64,000 bases of DNA from Octopus sinensis (GCF_006345805.1 NC_043012.1:992001-1056000); one strand, 5' to 3'. Shown: positions 38,511 through 51,678, counted from the stretch's first letter. The notes: a model not told the origin generated them from the sequence alone. Numbers and translations are program-made.

Positions 38511-38762
38511 ACATACATACATACATATATGATGGGTGCTGAAAAGTTCCTTATTTTAAGGATATCATGGAAGGCCTGGTATCCTTCCAAGATCTTTTAC
38601 AAGGCTTAGCCAAATTTTGAAGGATCACTGCAAAAATTGTGTGAATCTGAGAAGGGAATATGTTGTTGCATAAAATCATAATTAACTCATCCACCTGTAT
38701 TTTCTTTTACCCAAAGCATGTATGTATATATGTATGTGTATATGTGTGTGTGTGTGTATACG

Positions 38763-39030
38763 CAAATTAAAAAAAATCAAGAAAAGTCAATAGGCTGTAC
38801 ACACTGAATGTATTAGGCTTATGCTCAGTTTAAGATGGGAAAATAGAGGGTGTGTGTGATGTTTTGAGCATAGCTCTTCATCAGACAGAAGGAAGAAGAA
38901 AACTTCCAGAGAGAAAGGAAAGAATAGTCCAAGAAAAGCACATTTTTGGTCAGATGGCTGAAGTGACTGAAAGTGGAGAAAGATAGAGAAAATGGTTTTT
39001 GATAGAAGGAGAATGTGAAAATGGCCAATG
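38763..39030 (-). mobile_element. Short Penelope-pLTR-like module with degenerate hammerhead
   Basis: Minus CTGATGA-A-GAGC tat GCTC-AAAAC (GAAA mutated); layout shared with 48970-49180 and 51491-51670. Confidence 0.55.
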
Positions 39031-39136
39031 TGTGTGTGTATGTGGTATGTATGTGTGTGTATGTGGTGTGTGTGTGGTGAGTGAGACATATTGGTATGTA
39101 TGTGTATGTATACATATTTGTGTATGTATATCGCTG

Positions 39137-39235
39137 TTTAGTTTTATTTCAAGATTTCTTGTCTATAGAGTAAGAGTCAGCTTCTAACATAAATTCAAGG
39201 CCCATTCATTGAAATTTCAACATCAACAACAGATG
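39137..39235 (-). mobile_element. Family G fragment in TATG-rich context
   Basis: Homologous to 2476-2580. Confidence 0.6.
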
Positions 39236-39893
39236 TATGTATATATTTATGTATGTACATATGTATGTACATATGTATGTATGTATATATTTATGTATGT
39301 ACATATGTATGTATGTATGTATGTGTGTATGTATGTATGCATGCTTGTCAGTAAAAGAGAGACATGCTTTCAAAACCAATAACTAAATAATTGTAATTGT
39401 AATTAATTAAATTGAATTGTAATTAAATTTCAAGAGACTGACCACATATATACAATACAATTGAAAATAGCCCCTTTCTGGGTCTTTCTCTTTCATCACT
39501 TTCTTTTTTTTCCTCTTTTCTCTCTCTCTTTCCCTCCTCTGCTTCTTAGTGTCTCTTTTTTTTTCTCTCTCTCTCTCTCTCTTTAAAAAAACCAAATCGA
39601 CATCTTGAAATGTCATCAACAATCCCTAAAACATCTAAATACTTCCTTTCTGGTTTCTTTTCTCTCCACCCTGTCCCCCCTCCCTCCCTTCCTCTCCCTC
39701 CTCCTCACCACCCTGTTTTCTCGTCCACCTCTCTCTTCCTCACCATTTGTATAAAAGCCAAGAAATTTTCTGTAAAATTTATTTTTAAAAAAAATCCCCT
39801 TGCACAAATGAAAGCACTAAAAATAAAGAATTATCCAGAATTCTGACTGCCTCCTATTTCTTAATATACAATATCTGTACATCACTTCAAACA

Positions 39894-39938
<45 letters not shown>

Positions 39939-40244
39939 GATTGTTTGTAGAAATGTATAAATCCAGAGAAGAAGCACACCCCAAGATGTAGAACAGTTAA
40001 TATTATAGTGGAGTAAACCTGTTCATGGGGTCAACCTTGGTTTCTTGCTCATAAGGGGTTTAGCCTTATGGCATATGTTCAGACCCCAAGCACTGCTGAC
40101 CTGAGATCTCTTTAAAGAGGACTCAGGCCAACCTACCCCACTATAATAAACTGCATAAACCAGCCTACCCCACTATAATATAGAGTACCTGACAAATGAA
40201 GGGAGTTCATGGCTTGCAGGATAGTCTGCTGTGCTAACCTTGGA

Positions 40245-40660
40245 TTGTAGGGTGACCCGCTGTGCTTGAAGAGACCTATTGAGTCAAGTACGTCAACATC
40301 AAAATAAAAATCAAATGGAAATTTTAATTATGATACCCGTGCCGGTGGAATGTAAAAAGCACCATCTGAACGTGGATGATGCCAGCGCCGCCTGACTTGT
40401 GTCCGTGTTGGTGTCATGTAAAAAGCACCAAGCAATCATGGCTGTTTGCTAGCCTCCTCTGACCCCTGTTCCGGTGGCACGTAAAAAGCACCCACTACAC
40501 TCACAGAGTGGTTGGCGTTAAGAAGTGCATCCAGCTGTAGAAACACTGCCAGATCAGACTAGAGCCTGGCGCAGCCTCCTGGCTTCCCAGACTCTGGTCG
40601 AACCATCCAACCCATGCTAGCATGGAAAATGGACGTTAAACGATGATGATGATGATGATT
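40245..40660 (+). mobile_element. 5'-truncated RTE 3' UTR (long family B copy)
   Basis: GCTGTGCTTGAAGAGACCTATTGAGTCAAG matches the reverse complement of 8590-8625 in the RTE LINE; three tandem units; (GAT)n tail. Confidence 0.88.
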
Positions 40661-40796
40661 ATGATATATTTATATATATATATATAAAACTTATAATAAT
40701 AATAATATTAGGGAATATGATTCCAAACTTACAGGGAAAAATTTTCTTAGATAAGTAATGCTACACGATGGTTCTTCTCTAATTTATATACATATA

Positions 40797-40835
<39 letters not shown>

Positions 40836-41238
40836 CACACACTCATACATGCTTACATACATATACACATATACATAGATATGCACATACAAACATGTAT
40901 AAATATGTGTTTCTGTCTGTATATGTGAATATATATATTATATAAAATATGTTGAAATGGTTGATGCTATTTTTCCTGTCAAATCATTCTGTAAATATAT
41001 CTATATAATACACACACACTCACATACAGATGATGATGATCAAAAGGTTGATGATGATGACAACGATGGTGATAATGACATTTTACCTTTAACAGCACTC
41101 CATTTAAACTTTATATTTATATATACCTAATGTATATATGCACATATGTATAATATCAAAGGGTAATCAGAAATATTAGAAATTTCCATCACCAGTGGCC
41201 TAGTGTGTAAAAATTTAGTCAATAGACTATATATTATT

Positions 41239-41498
41239 CATATAAATACAGTGTACATTTAAACACATAAGAAGCATCCATCATAGGACTCCTTGCACAC
41301 TAGAAAGGACAGTTAAATTCCAGACCACTATTAGAGATAAAATTTCGAAGGGAATGGAGATGGTAAATGTTTTTATTTTTCATTCCCTTCGAAATTCTAT
41401 CCCTAATAGAAGGTTGGAATTTAACTGTTCTCTCTAGCGTGCATGGAGTCCTTTGATGGATGCCTCTAATGTGTTTAAATGTACACTGTATTTATATG
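41239..41498. repeat. ~260-bp imperfect palindrome (fold-back/MITE-like)
   Basis: Arms ~120 bp (ATAAATACAGTGTACATTTAAACACAT...TTTCGAAGGGAATG and its reverse complement), short central loop. Confidence 0.92.
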
Positions 41499-41504
41499 CA
41501 TATA

Positions 41505-41912
41505 TACTCTTTTACTTGTTTCAGTCATTTGACTGCAGCCATGCTGGAGCACCGCCTTTAGTCGACCAAATCGACCCCGGGACTTATTCTTTGTAAGCCC
41601 AGTACTTATTCTATCGGTGTCTTTTGCCGAACCGCTAAGTGACAGGGACGTAAACGCACCAGCATCGGTTGTCAAGCAATGCTAGGGGGACAAACACAGA
41701 CACACAAACATATACACACACACTTATATATATATATACATATATACGACAGGCTTCTTTCAGTTTCCGTCTACCAAATCCACTCACAAGGCATTGGTCG
41801 GCCCAGGGCTATAGCAGAAGACTCTTGCCCAAGATGCCACGCAGTGGGACTGAACCCGGAACTATGTGGTTGGTCAGCAAGCTACTTACCACACAGCCAC
41901 TCCTGTGCCTAC
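41505..41912 (-). mobile_element. SINE family A, full length
   Basis: Family match. Confidence 0.92.
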
Positions 41913-42237
41913 ATATGTATATAGAATGTTTCTATGTCACTGTTTTAACAAGTATCTCTCTATGATTTATTTAGAATATATTTTTTTTCCATTTGTCTGT
42001 CATTTCTCCATATTTCTCTTTTTCTTCATTTATTTCTTTATATTTTACTCTTGTTCTTTGACATGTTCTCAAACAAAAAACCAATGGCCTTTTGTTGGAT
42101 TCGCTGTTTAATTGAAACATGCACAATCAGATTTTATACAATGTGTGATTTATTCCAAGTGGTCTTACCATGTTCGTTTGATTAAGAAATTCTCAATATC
42201 TATCTCTCTCTCTCTCTCCTCTCTCAGTCTGCTGTCT

Positions 42238-42277
<40 letters not shown>

Positions 42278-42512
42278 CTCTTTCTTCATCTATCTATCTG
42301 TTTAGCTATTTGTCGTCTCTTTACTGATCAGTTTATCTACAAGCCTGGTTGTCTATGTTTCTACCTACTTGCCTACCAATATATATATATATGTGTGTGT
42401 ATATGTATATGTATATATATATATATGCATATATATATATATGTACATATATATATATATTTGTATATATATGTATGTATATACATACATATATATATAC
42501 ACATTATACCAT

Positions 42513-42548
<36 letters not shown>

Positions 42549-42679
42549 CTTTACATACATATATATATATATATAGATATATATGTATATACATACATAT
42601 ATATATATATATAAACATACATGCATATATACACAAACATAACTGTTTGCATTTGTATTTCTGATATTGCAATTGTACA

Positions 42680-42723
<44 letters not shown>

Positions 42724-43308
42724 ATCCATACACATGACGCATGCATACATCATCAATATTTATGTAACAGCTGTCTTTTCTTTACAACATTTTCATTTAC
42801 AATAAAAATTAATGCTCTGCCCCTTCTCTACTCTTATTCTTGACACCAAATAAACATTATCTAAAAATTAAATATTGACTAAATCTCATGTATTTTACCC
42901 TGCAAAATCTTACTGCACCCTATTTCACCCTAAAAAACCCCTTTTTTTGCACACTACATGCTTCACACATTGTTAGTAACTGCAAACTTTCTCCTGCATT
43001 TCAGAATACGCAGAATGTCAATTCGGTGAGCTACATGCATGTACATTTTTCATGCTTGACTAAAATTTTTTTACTCTATAAGGTTTATTGTCATGATGAT
43101 GATGATGATGATGATGGCTTCATTGTATTTAGTATATTAGTATTCTTAGCGTTTTTGCTATAATCAATACTGTTCTTATTTATTTATTCATTTATTTTAC
43201 ACCGTTACTGTAAAATATTTTACACCTTTTCTGTAATCAACTAACTGCCTTCCCACAAAATTTGCTATCATTATAGTTTAATTATGACTAATTGTTATCA
43301 ATAATATC

Positions 43309-43352
<44 letters not shown>

Positions 43353-43381
43353 CATTATTATTATTATTAGTATTATTATTA

Positions 43382-43598
43382 AAGGCGATAAACCGGTATA
43401 GTCATTAGCACATTGGGTAAAATGGTTACAGGTATTTTGCCTGTCACTATGTTCTGAGTTCAAATCCCGCCGAGATTGACTTTGCCTTTCATCCTTTTGG
43501 GGTCAGTAAATTTAGTACCAGTGAAATTCTGGGGTTGATGTAATCGACTAGTTCCCCTCCTCCAAAATTTCAGGCCTTGTGCCTATAATGGAAAGGAT
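43382..43598 (+). mobile_element. SINE family C inside an (ATT)n tract
   Basis: GAGTTCAAATCCCGCCGAG..GCCTTTCATCCTTTTGGGGTC; (ATT)n on both sides. Confidence 0.85.
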
Positions 43599-43615
43599 TA
43601 TTATCATTATCATCA

Positions 43616-43700
<85 letters not shown>

Positions 43701-44221
43701 TATTACTATTATTATCATTATCATCCTTATTGATATTATTTGTCTTGAAGGCATTTTAGTGGTTCATTCATCCACAATTGTCCTGTCTTGTTCTTTTCAA
43801 TGGAGAATGCAAGAATGCATTATCTAGTTTTGCTTTTCAATATATATGGCATGGCATTGCTCTTACCTTTATTTATTATTATTATTATTATTATTATAAT
43901 TATTATTATTATTATTATTATCATTATTATTGTTATTATTATGATCATTATCATTATTTATTTATTCCTTTATTCCTTTATTTTTTTCTCTAGTGGGAGA
44001 CTGTTTATTCTGGCATGTTTGTTTATTTTTATTTTTTGTTATTGTTTAGATTATTTTTTAGTTGTTGATGTCCGTTATTTCTGGAAGAAACTCTATCTTT
44101 GCTCTTTATCATAATGTATATCGTTGACGTATTTCATTTGAATAACCACCCTCAGCTCATCCCCCTATATGTCTGTCGATGCTCATCTGAATACTGTTTC
44201 CTGTATTTGCAGCCAGCTTCT

Positions 44222-44757
44222 ATCTTTTTATCTTTTACTTGTTTCAGTCATTAGACAGCCGCCATGCTGGGGCACCGCCTTGAAGAATTTTCTTTATAGT
44301 CAGATGAATCATGAATTGACCCTTGACCCTTGTACTCTTTTCTTTTCTTTTTCCTTTTTTTTGTTAAGTCTGGCACTTATTCTATTGGTCACTATCGCTG
44401 AGCTGCTAAGTTATGGGGGACCAACACCTGTTATGAAGCAGTGGTAGTGGACACACACACACACCCACACACATACATGCGTGCGTGCACACATACACAT
44501 GCACACATGCACTGACACACGCATGAACATGAACACATGCACACAGGCTTGCACACACACACTCACATCCACACACACACATACACTCATGTACATATCT
44601 TTTATCTTTTCCCTTCTGTTTTGCGCTTCCGTCAGTCATAAGACTGTGGCCATGCTGGTGCTTCTTTTATCAGTCTCTCTTGCCGAAGCACTAAGTTATG
44701 GGGACATAAATTTACCAACATCTGTTGTCAAGCAATGGTGATGGACAAGCACAGACA

Positions 44758-44820
<63 letters not shown>

Positions 44821-45005
44821 ACACACTCACATACATGCACACAATGATGGGCATTTTACAGTTTCCATGTACCAAATCTACTCAGAAGGCTTTGATTGGC
44901 TTTGGAGTTAGAGAAGAAGACACTTGCCCAAGGTGCTGCACAGTGGGACTGAACCCAAGACCTCATGGTTAGGAAGCACGGTTCTCATCACCTGCATCAG
45001 ATATG
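44222..45005 (-). mobile_element. Two older family A-related SINE remnants
   Basis: Two GCCATGCTGG tails and CTAAGTTATGGGG motifs; one head at ~44990. Confidence 0.7.
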
Positions 45006-45364
45006 CAGTCTGCCTTTCACTGTCTTCCTTTTCGCCAGGGCATCCAACCATAGAAACCATGCCGAATCAGACAGGAACCTGGTACAGCTTTTCATCTTGC
45101 CACTTCCAGTCAAACCATCGAAAGCAGACCCTAAATGATGGTGGTGATGATGATGATGGTGATGAATTATCCACCTCAATAGCTGGTCCCTCTTTTGGGT
45201 ATACATCAACCAGGAGTCCACCAAGGTTTTTGTTCTAGCTCTATGTTATTTATTATACTTCCATGTATCTTTCATTGTCAACAGACATTTGCAATAGTAG
45301 TTCCAAGACTATTGCTTCTATTATGCAACTTATGTGTGTGTATGTGTGAATATATATATATTAT

Positions 45365-45396
<32 letters not shown>

Positions 45397-45410
45397 GCAT
45401 GTATGTATAT

Positions 45411-45441
<31 letters not shown>

Positions 45442-45544
45442 TATATACACACAGATATACACAAAGACACAGCAAATAGATGCACACACACACACACACA
45501 CACATAATATATATGTATGTATTTATATATATGTATGAATATAT

Positions 45545-45618
<74 letters not shown>

Positions 45619-45790
45619 CATGCATATTATATATATATACATATACATATATATATATATTTATATTTACTGAGATCTCCCTTTTAGTAGAAAGAATAGC
45701 TATAACTCTTTGACTGCTATTTCTAAATTCGGTGTGTGGTGAGGCAAATCGTTGCTAAACCCATAATTACTATATATATATATATATATA

Positions 45791-46993
45791 TATCATCATC
45801 ATCATCATCATCATCGTTTAACGTCCGTTTTCCGCACTAGCACGGGTTGGACGGTTTCGACCGGGGTCTGGGGAGCTCGGGACTGCCCCAGGCTCCAGTC
45901 TAGTCTGGCAGTGTTTCTACAGCTGGATGCCCTTCCTAACGCCAACCACTCCGCGAGTGTAGTGGGTGCTTTTTACGTGCCACCTGCACAGGTGCCAGAG
46001 GGGTCTGGCATCGGCCACGTTCGGATGGTGCTTTTTATGTGGGGGGGGGTGCAGAAATATAGGGGAGCACCAGTGGGGAGGGGTGGTTCAGAGAAATGAT
46101 GACAGGTTCTAGGCAAGTAGAACGTAGGATATCGAGAGAGGGGTAATGCATGGTGAAATAGCGTATTGAAGAAGGGGGTTCGAAGAGTAGACACCTATAA
46201 TGGTGGTGGGAGAAGCGACATCCGGTATAGATGGAGCAAAATATAGAGATATCCGGTACTGGTGGTGGGGGTGGGAGGGCGGGCGCAATAATAATAATAA
46301 GGCTTGCAAAAACAATGAAAAGAGGAAACATTTCATTGTTTTTGCAAGCCTTATTATTATTGTTGTCTTTCGTCTCAAATGCTAGCTGAAGCATAAAAAC
46401 TTTCACTCACAAAAACTTATTCACACCACCGCAAAGCATTTCATCTCAACCCTGTCTTCTTTCTGCTGCCTAAAACCTCATCTCCCAATGCGCGGATAGC
46501 CCGCCCTCCCACCCCCACCACCAGTACCGGATATCTCTATATTTTGCTCCATCTATACCGGATGTCGCTTCTCCCACCACCATTATAGGTGTCTACTCTT
46601 CGAACCCCCCTCTTCAATACGCTATTTCACCATGCATTACCCCTCTCTCGATATCCTACGTTCTACTTGCCTAGAACCTGTCATCATTTCTCTGAACCAC
46701 CCCTCCCCACTGGTGCTCCCCTATATTTCTGCACCCCCCCCCCACATAAAAAGCACCATCCGAACGTGGCCGATGCCAGACCCCTCTGGCACCTGTGCAG
46801 GTGGCACGTAAAAAAACACCCACTACACTCGCGGAGTGGTTGGCGTTAGGAAGGGCATCCAGCTGTAGAAACACTGCCAGACTAGACTGGAGCCTGGGGC
46901 AGTCCCGAGCTCCCAGACCCCGGTCGAAACCGTCCAACCCGTGCTAGCGCGGAAAACGGACGTTAAACGATGATGATGATGATGATGATGATA
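45791..46993. repeat. ~1.2-kb near-perfect palindrome with RTE-type tails at both outer ends
   Basis: Arms 45791-46284 and 46499-46993 differ at only a few positions; spacer contains a perfect 31-bp hairpin. Confidence 0.95.
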
Positions 46994-47793
46994 TATAATA
47001 AATATAATATATATATTATATATATATGTATGTATATGTGTGTGTCTATGTGTCTGCTCATGTTTGCATATATAGTAACTTCATTAGTTCTTTTGTACAC
47101 ATATACGTACATATCTATATATTTTTACATATATATATATATAAAAAATATATAAACTGAGTGTTTTTTTCTTCTGATTAGTTTACTATGTTTGAGTGAT
47201 GAAACAATTATTCTAATTTTAGGGCTTTATATGGTTTTATACACACAAACATACACGCACACACACTAACACATACATACATACATATATATATATATAT
47301 ATGTGTATATGTATATAAATGTAAATATATGTATGTGCATGTATATGCATATTAAATGATGATGATGATGATGATGATATGTGTGTGTGTGTGTGTGTGT
47401 GTGTATATTGTATATGTTTTCTAAAAGCGCAATTATGCTACTTCTCTTCTTTGCAATATGAAATTCATTTCCTCGATGTGTTTTTTTTCCTTCCATGATT
47501 TTCCAATCATTCAATTTTCTAATTTTCCTTCAGATGTCAAACAATCTGTTATCTAATCAACTTCAATCAGTTAATTTTCTATAACAAACATTTCTAATCC
47601 CAGCCATTTTGTGGACTTATATATATCAAGTCTGGCACACACACACGCACACTTCTCAATCACAAATATATTTACTCCAGTATATATATATATATATATT
47701 TATATATAGAGGGCATTATACATACATGCCAGAAGGCATTATACATAAATGCCTAAATTCCTTATTAAGTAGTTGTCCTTAATTGCTAAATTT

Positions 47794-47833
<40 letters not shown>

Positions 47834-47902
47834 ACATATATATATATAATATATATATATATATTATTATATATATATGTATGTGTTTGTGTATGTGTGT
47901 GT

Positions 47903-48197
47903 GTGGAGGTGCAATGGCCCAGTGGTTAGGGCAGTGGACTTGCAGTTGTAGGATTGTGGTTTCAATTCCCAGACCAGGCATTGTGAGTGTTTATTGAGTG
48001 AAAACACCTAAAGCTCCATGAGGCTCCAGTGGGGGTTGGGGTGGTGACAATTCCCGCTGTACTCTTTCACCACAGATTTCTCTCACTCTTTCCTCTGTTG
48101 GCCAGCTCACTTAGCCAACGGGGTGGCATCATTTGAAGGCTAAAACAATGCAAAGTGCATTGTGACCAGCGATGTGTAGGAACATCTGATAGCCTGG
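47903..48197 (+). mobile_element. SINE family D head with a third body type
   Basis: TGGCCCAGTGG / GGTTTCAATTCC boxes; diverges from other D copies after CTCTCACTCT. Confidence 0.8.
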
Positions 48198-48228
<31 letters not shown>

Positions 48229-48812
48229 CATGCATATATATATACACACATATATAATTTAAATATGTGTGTGTATTTATATATTTATATATATATACAC
48301 ATACACACGCATATAAATGCATAAACATACATGTATATACATATATATGAAAACATATATATAGAGAGAGAAATAGTACAGGATACTTACACATACATGC
48401 ATGCACACACACACACATGCAAACACTCAAACACATACATATGAATATATGCGTACGTGTACATTCCTTTATCTTGTTTACCTTATTTCATTGTTAATAA
48501 GAAGGAACCATTTTCTAATAATGAAACAAAGTTCTATCACAAGAATTCGGATAATCAGAACAGCAACAATTATTGCCTGACGATCTTTAGAAACGTCTTA
48601 CACATTTATACATTTCCACTTACAGAGTGTAATTGTAAGATACATGTTCAGTTATAACTGTTTTAGCCTGTAAATTCTCCCTTTTCCAAATTGTCAAAGC
48701 CAAACTAACCAATAATTTTTGGCATATAAGCTTTACTCTCTTTTAGTCTTTTACTTGTTTCAGTCATTTGACTGTGGCCATGCTGTTGTAGTCTCCTTTG
48801 GAGAGACTTAGA

Positions 48813-48859
<47 letters not shown>

Positions 48860-48969
48860 AATATCTATATATATAATAAATATATATATATATATATACA
48901 CACACATTATATATGTGTATATATATATGTGTGTGTGTGTATATATATATATATGTGTATATATAAGTT

Positions 48970-49177
48970 AATCCAAACAAGAAAGCACAAAAAAACACAA
49001 CAATGCGAGGACGTGGAACATATATAGTATTATTGGACGCTCAGGAAAGAAGGAAAGAAGGAGGGTCTAACGTTTCGAGCGGAGCTCTTCGTCGGAAACA
49101 TAGGAGAAGGAGAGATACAAAGAAGGGAAGACAGAGGGAAAAAAATCGCCAACAGTACACATGCGATCACATTTTGA

Positions 49178-49180
<3 letters not shown>
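48970..49180 (-). mobile_element. Short Penelope-pLTR-like module with near-intact minimal hammerhead
   Basis: Minus GTTT-CCGACGA-A-GAGC tcc GCTC-GAAACGTT-AGAC; one core substitution; (TA)n flanks. Confidence 0.6.
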
Positions 49181-49222
<42 letters not shown>

Positions 49223-49255
49223 CACATATATGTATGTATATATATATATATATAT

Positions 49256-49540
49256 GATTGATTGATTGATTGATTGATTCTAGTTTCAGCTTATGAGCTG
49301 TGGCCATGCTGGGGCACCGCCATTTGGTGTTGCTACTTGGTTTCACTTCATGGAGGCTTTCTAGCAACTGCTATTTGGTGCATGAGAGAGTTCGATGCAG
49401 CTGCCCTCATCTGCCCCTCCTGCCGTGAAGTTGGTTCATCTGGGACACCTGACAGGAAGAGATCCAGCTTCATTTTAAAGACATCTGTATCCACCCCATG
49501 CAGGTCTCTCAGGTTCTTCGGGAGGATATTGAAGAGCTGT
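49256..49540 (-). mobile_element. CR1-group LINE 3' end (RT C-terminus plus tail shared with SINE A)
   Basis: LFNILPKNLRDL..VFKMKLDLFLSGVPDEP; 3' UTR GGCGGTGCCCCAGCATGGCCACAGCTCATAAGCTGAAAC then (AATC)n. Confidence 0.82.
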
Positions 49541-49657
49541 AGTATTTCTTTAAGTATTAGCAATAGTTTTAAAAAAGTTTTTTTAGCTACTATTTCTAAT
49601 GAGTTCAGTATGTGGCAAAGTAATTTATTTTACTAAGCCCTTTTATATATCTATATA

Positions 49658-49702
<45 letters not shown>

Positions 49703-50067
49703 CATATATACATATATATGACAAGCTTCTTTCAGTTGCTGTCTACCAAATCCACTCACAAGGACTTAGTCAAACTGTGACTATAGTAGAAGCGACTTGC
49801 CCAAAGTGCCATACAGTGTATAGCTTGAGGATATTTCAAGTGTTGTTATTACATTGGTTATGTATTCCACAGAAGTATGAGATAATCAACATTTTCAATT
49901 GCATCTTGGCAAATTTAAGGGCTTCACTACATTTTCCATTCATTAGGTATTTCGTGGCCTTTCGTTTCTCTTGGATTACAAAATCATAACCTTTGAGATG
50001 TGATGTAACAGACACCACTCTATATGAGAAGTTACATTATTATTGTCGTCATCATTGTCATGGTCAT

Positions 50068-50545
50068 TTTTAATGTCTGTTTTCTATGCTGGCATGGGTT
50101 GGACAATTTAACCAGAGCTGGCCAGCTGGGGTGCCACACCAGGTTCCAATCTGATTCGGCTTGGTTTCTACACCTGGATGCCCTTACTAACACCAACCAC
50201 TTAACAGTGTGTTCTGGGTGCTTTTAATGTGGCACCAGCATAAGCAATTTTATGTGGCACCAACACATGCATTTTATGTGTCCTCGACACAGGACTCTTG
50301 CAGATCTGTTATCTTCATCAGGACAAGTGGCTTTAACACTTCTGTTGTGAAGGAAGAGTTTTCTTGTGTATGGCAAGGCACCAGGTAACTCAATCCTTAG
50401 TCGTCTCTTCTGTATGAAAGGTTCAGCATCCTGAGGCCTTCCTTCAGTATCTTGCTCTGTGTCTTCCTGGTTCTCCCTTTTCCACAAGTTCCATCCACTC
50501 TGAGAGACCACCACTTCTTTATGGAGATGTTACACTTCATATCAA
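50068..50545 (-). mobile_element. Older RTE 3'-end fragment with family-B tail
   Basis: VDGTCGKGRTRKT resembles the GRGRPRKTW end of the 8.3-kb RTE; tail AACCCATGCCAGCATAGAAAACAGACATTAA. Confidence 0.7.
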
Positions 50546-50559
50546 TACTGTCATCCAAC

Positions 50560-50988
50560 ATCTGGCAGCTGACTTGGTAGATACCCATAAAATTATCAAC
50601 CATCTTACAAACAATAACTCTGAGCACCTTTTCAAACTCCACCCGTCTAACACCCGTGGACATATTTACAAAGTCAGAAAACAGCACAGCTCCCATGACT
50701 TTCGGAAACATTTTTTCACGCTGAGAGTTGCTGAAGCATGGAACAAACTGCCGCCATCGGTTGTTAGTTGTCGGAGCACTGCATCCTTCAAAACTTCCAT
50801 GCTTTCTGAGATTTGCCAACACTACACCTGATTTTCTCCCCTCCATACACACACAAGCATGTATCTGACTCATCCATTGTTCGCTTTCCAGACATTTGTA
50901 CATTACTGCATATACTTTATACGCACTTTCTGACAAGTTGTGGTGCACCTGAGCACTGTATACAATAATTTCATTGTTATTATTATTC
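50560..50988 (+). mobile_element. CR1-clade LINE 3' end
   Basis: NTRGHIYKV..RKHFFTLRVAEAWNKLPPSVV..SFK is the typical CR1 C-terminus; short (ATT)n tail. Confidence 0.88.
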
Positions 50989-51438
50989 TCAAATTTAAGG
51001 AAAACACACTCATTTATAAGAATTTTTATGGTGTGCTTCGTTTCCCAGTCTTTGTTGGCATACATTTCTTTTCTAATTCTACGTTCAAATGGAAGATTGT
51101 CCATAAGTGGGTAATTCTTTAAAAGTTCCCTACCACCTGGCACACTCAGTTGATGCATTTATTTTGCTGCCATGGTTTAGCAGCAGCTGTTTGATTGATA
51201 CCATACACTCTCAAAGGGTGTCCATATTTATCTTAAACCATCTCTTCTCTCTTTTCTTCTCAGATCAAGCCTGTTGATATCCCTGATTCTGACCACACAT
51301 GGATATATATATGTGCGTATGTGTGTGTGCATGCGCACACATGTGCCTGTGTGTATGTGTGTGTATGTATATGTATATATGTATTATATATAATATATAT
51401 ATATCTTTGCATAAATATACATACATACAAACATACAT

Positions 51439-51490
<52 letters not shown>

Positions 51491-51494
<4 letters not shown>

Positions 51495-51670
51495 AGAGTT
51501 TACAAAAAAAAACAAAAGACAAAGACAGGTGGTGTACAAAACAAACGGATGTATTAGTATAATGCTCAGGAATAGAAAAAGTCTTTTAGGTTTCGAGCCT
51601 ACACTCGTCTACAGAAAGGGACACAGAAAAAACAAGGAGAGAAAAAATGTGTGTAGTGGCTAACAAACTA
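51491..51670 (-). mobile_element. Penelope-pLTR-like module with degenerate hammerhead
   Basis: Minus TTT-CTGTAGA-C-GAGT gtag GCTC-GAAAC-CT-AAAAG. Confidence 0.5.
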
Positions 51671-51678
51671 TCATGGCG

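Noticed and set aside
46095-46140. ATGATGA plus GTTCTA/TAGAAC hairpin in the palindrome arm as a hammerhead
   Set aside because: Lacks the C of CUGAUGA and the GAAA box; no stem I found
50397-51158. 253-aa minus-strand ORF
   Set aside because: Chimeric read-through of the antisense of a CR1 fragment into an RTE remnant
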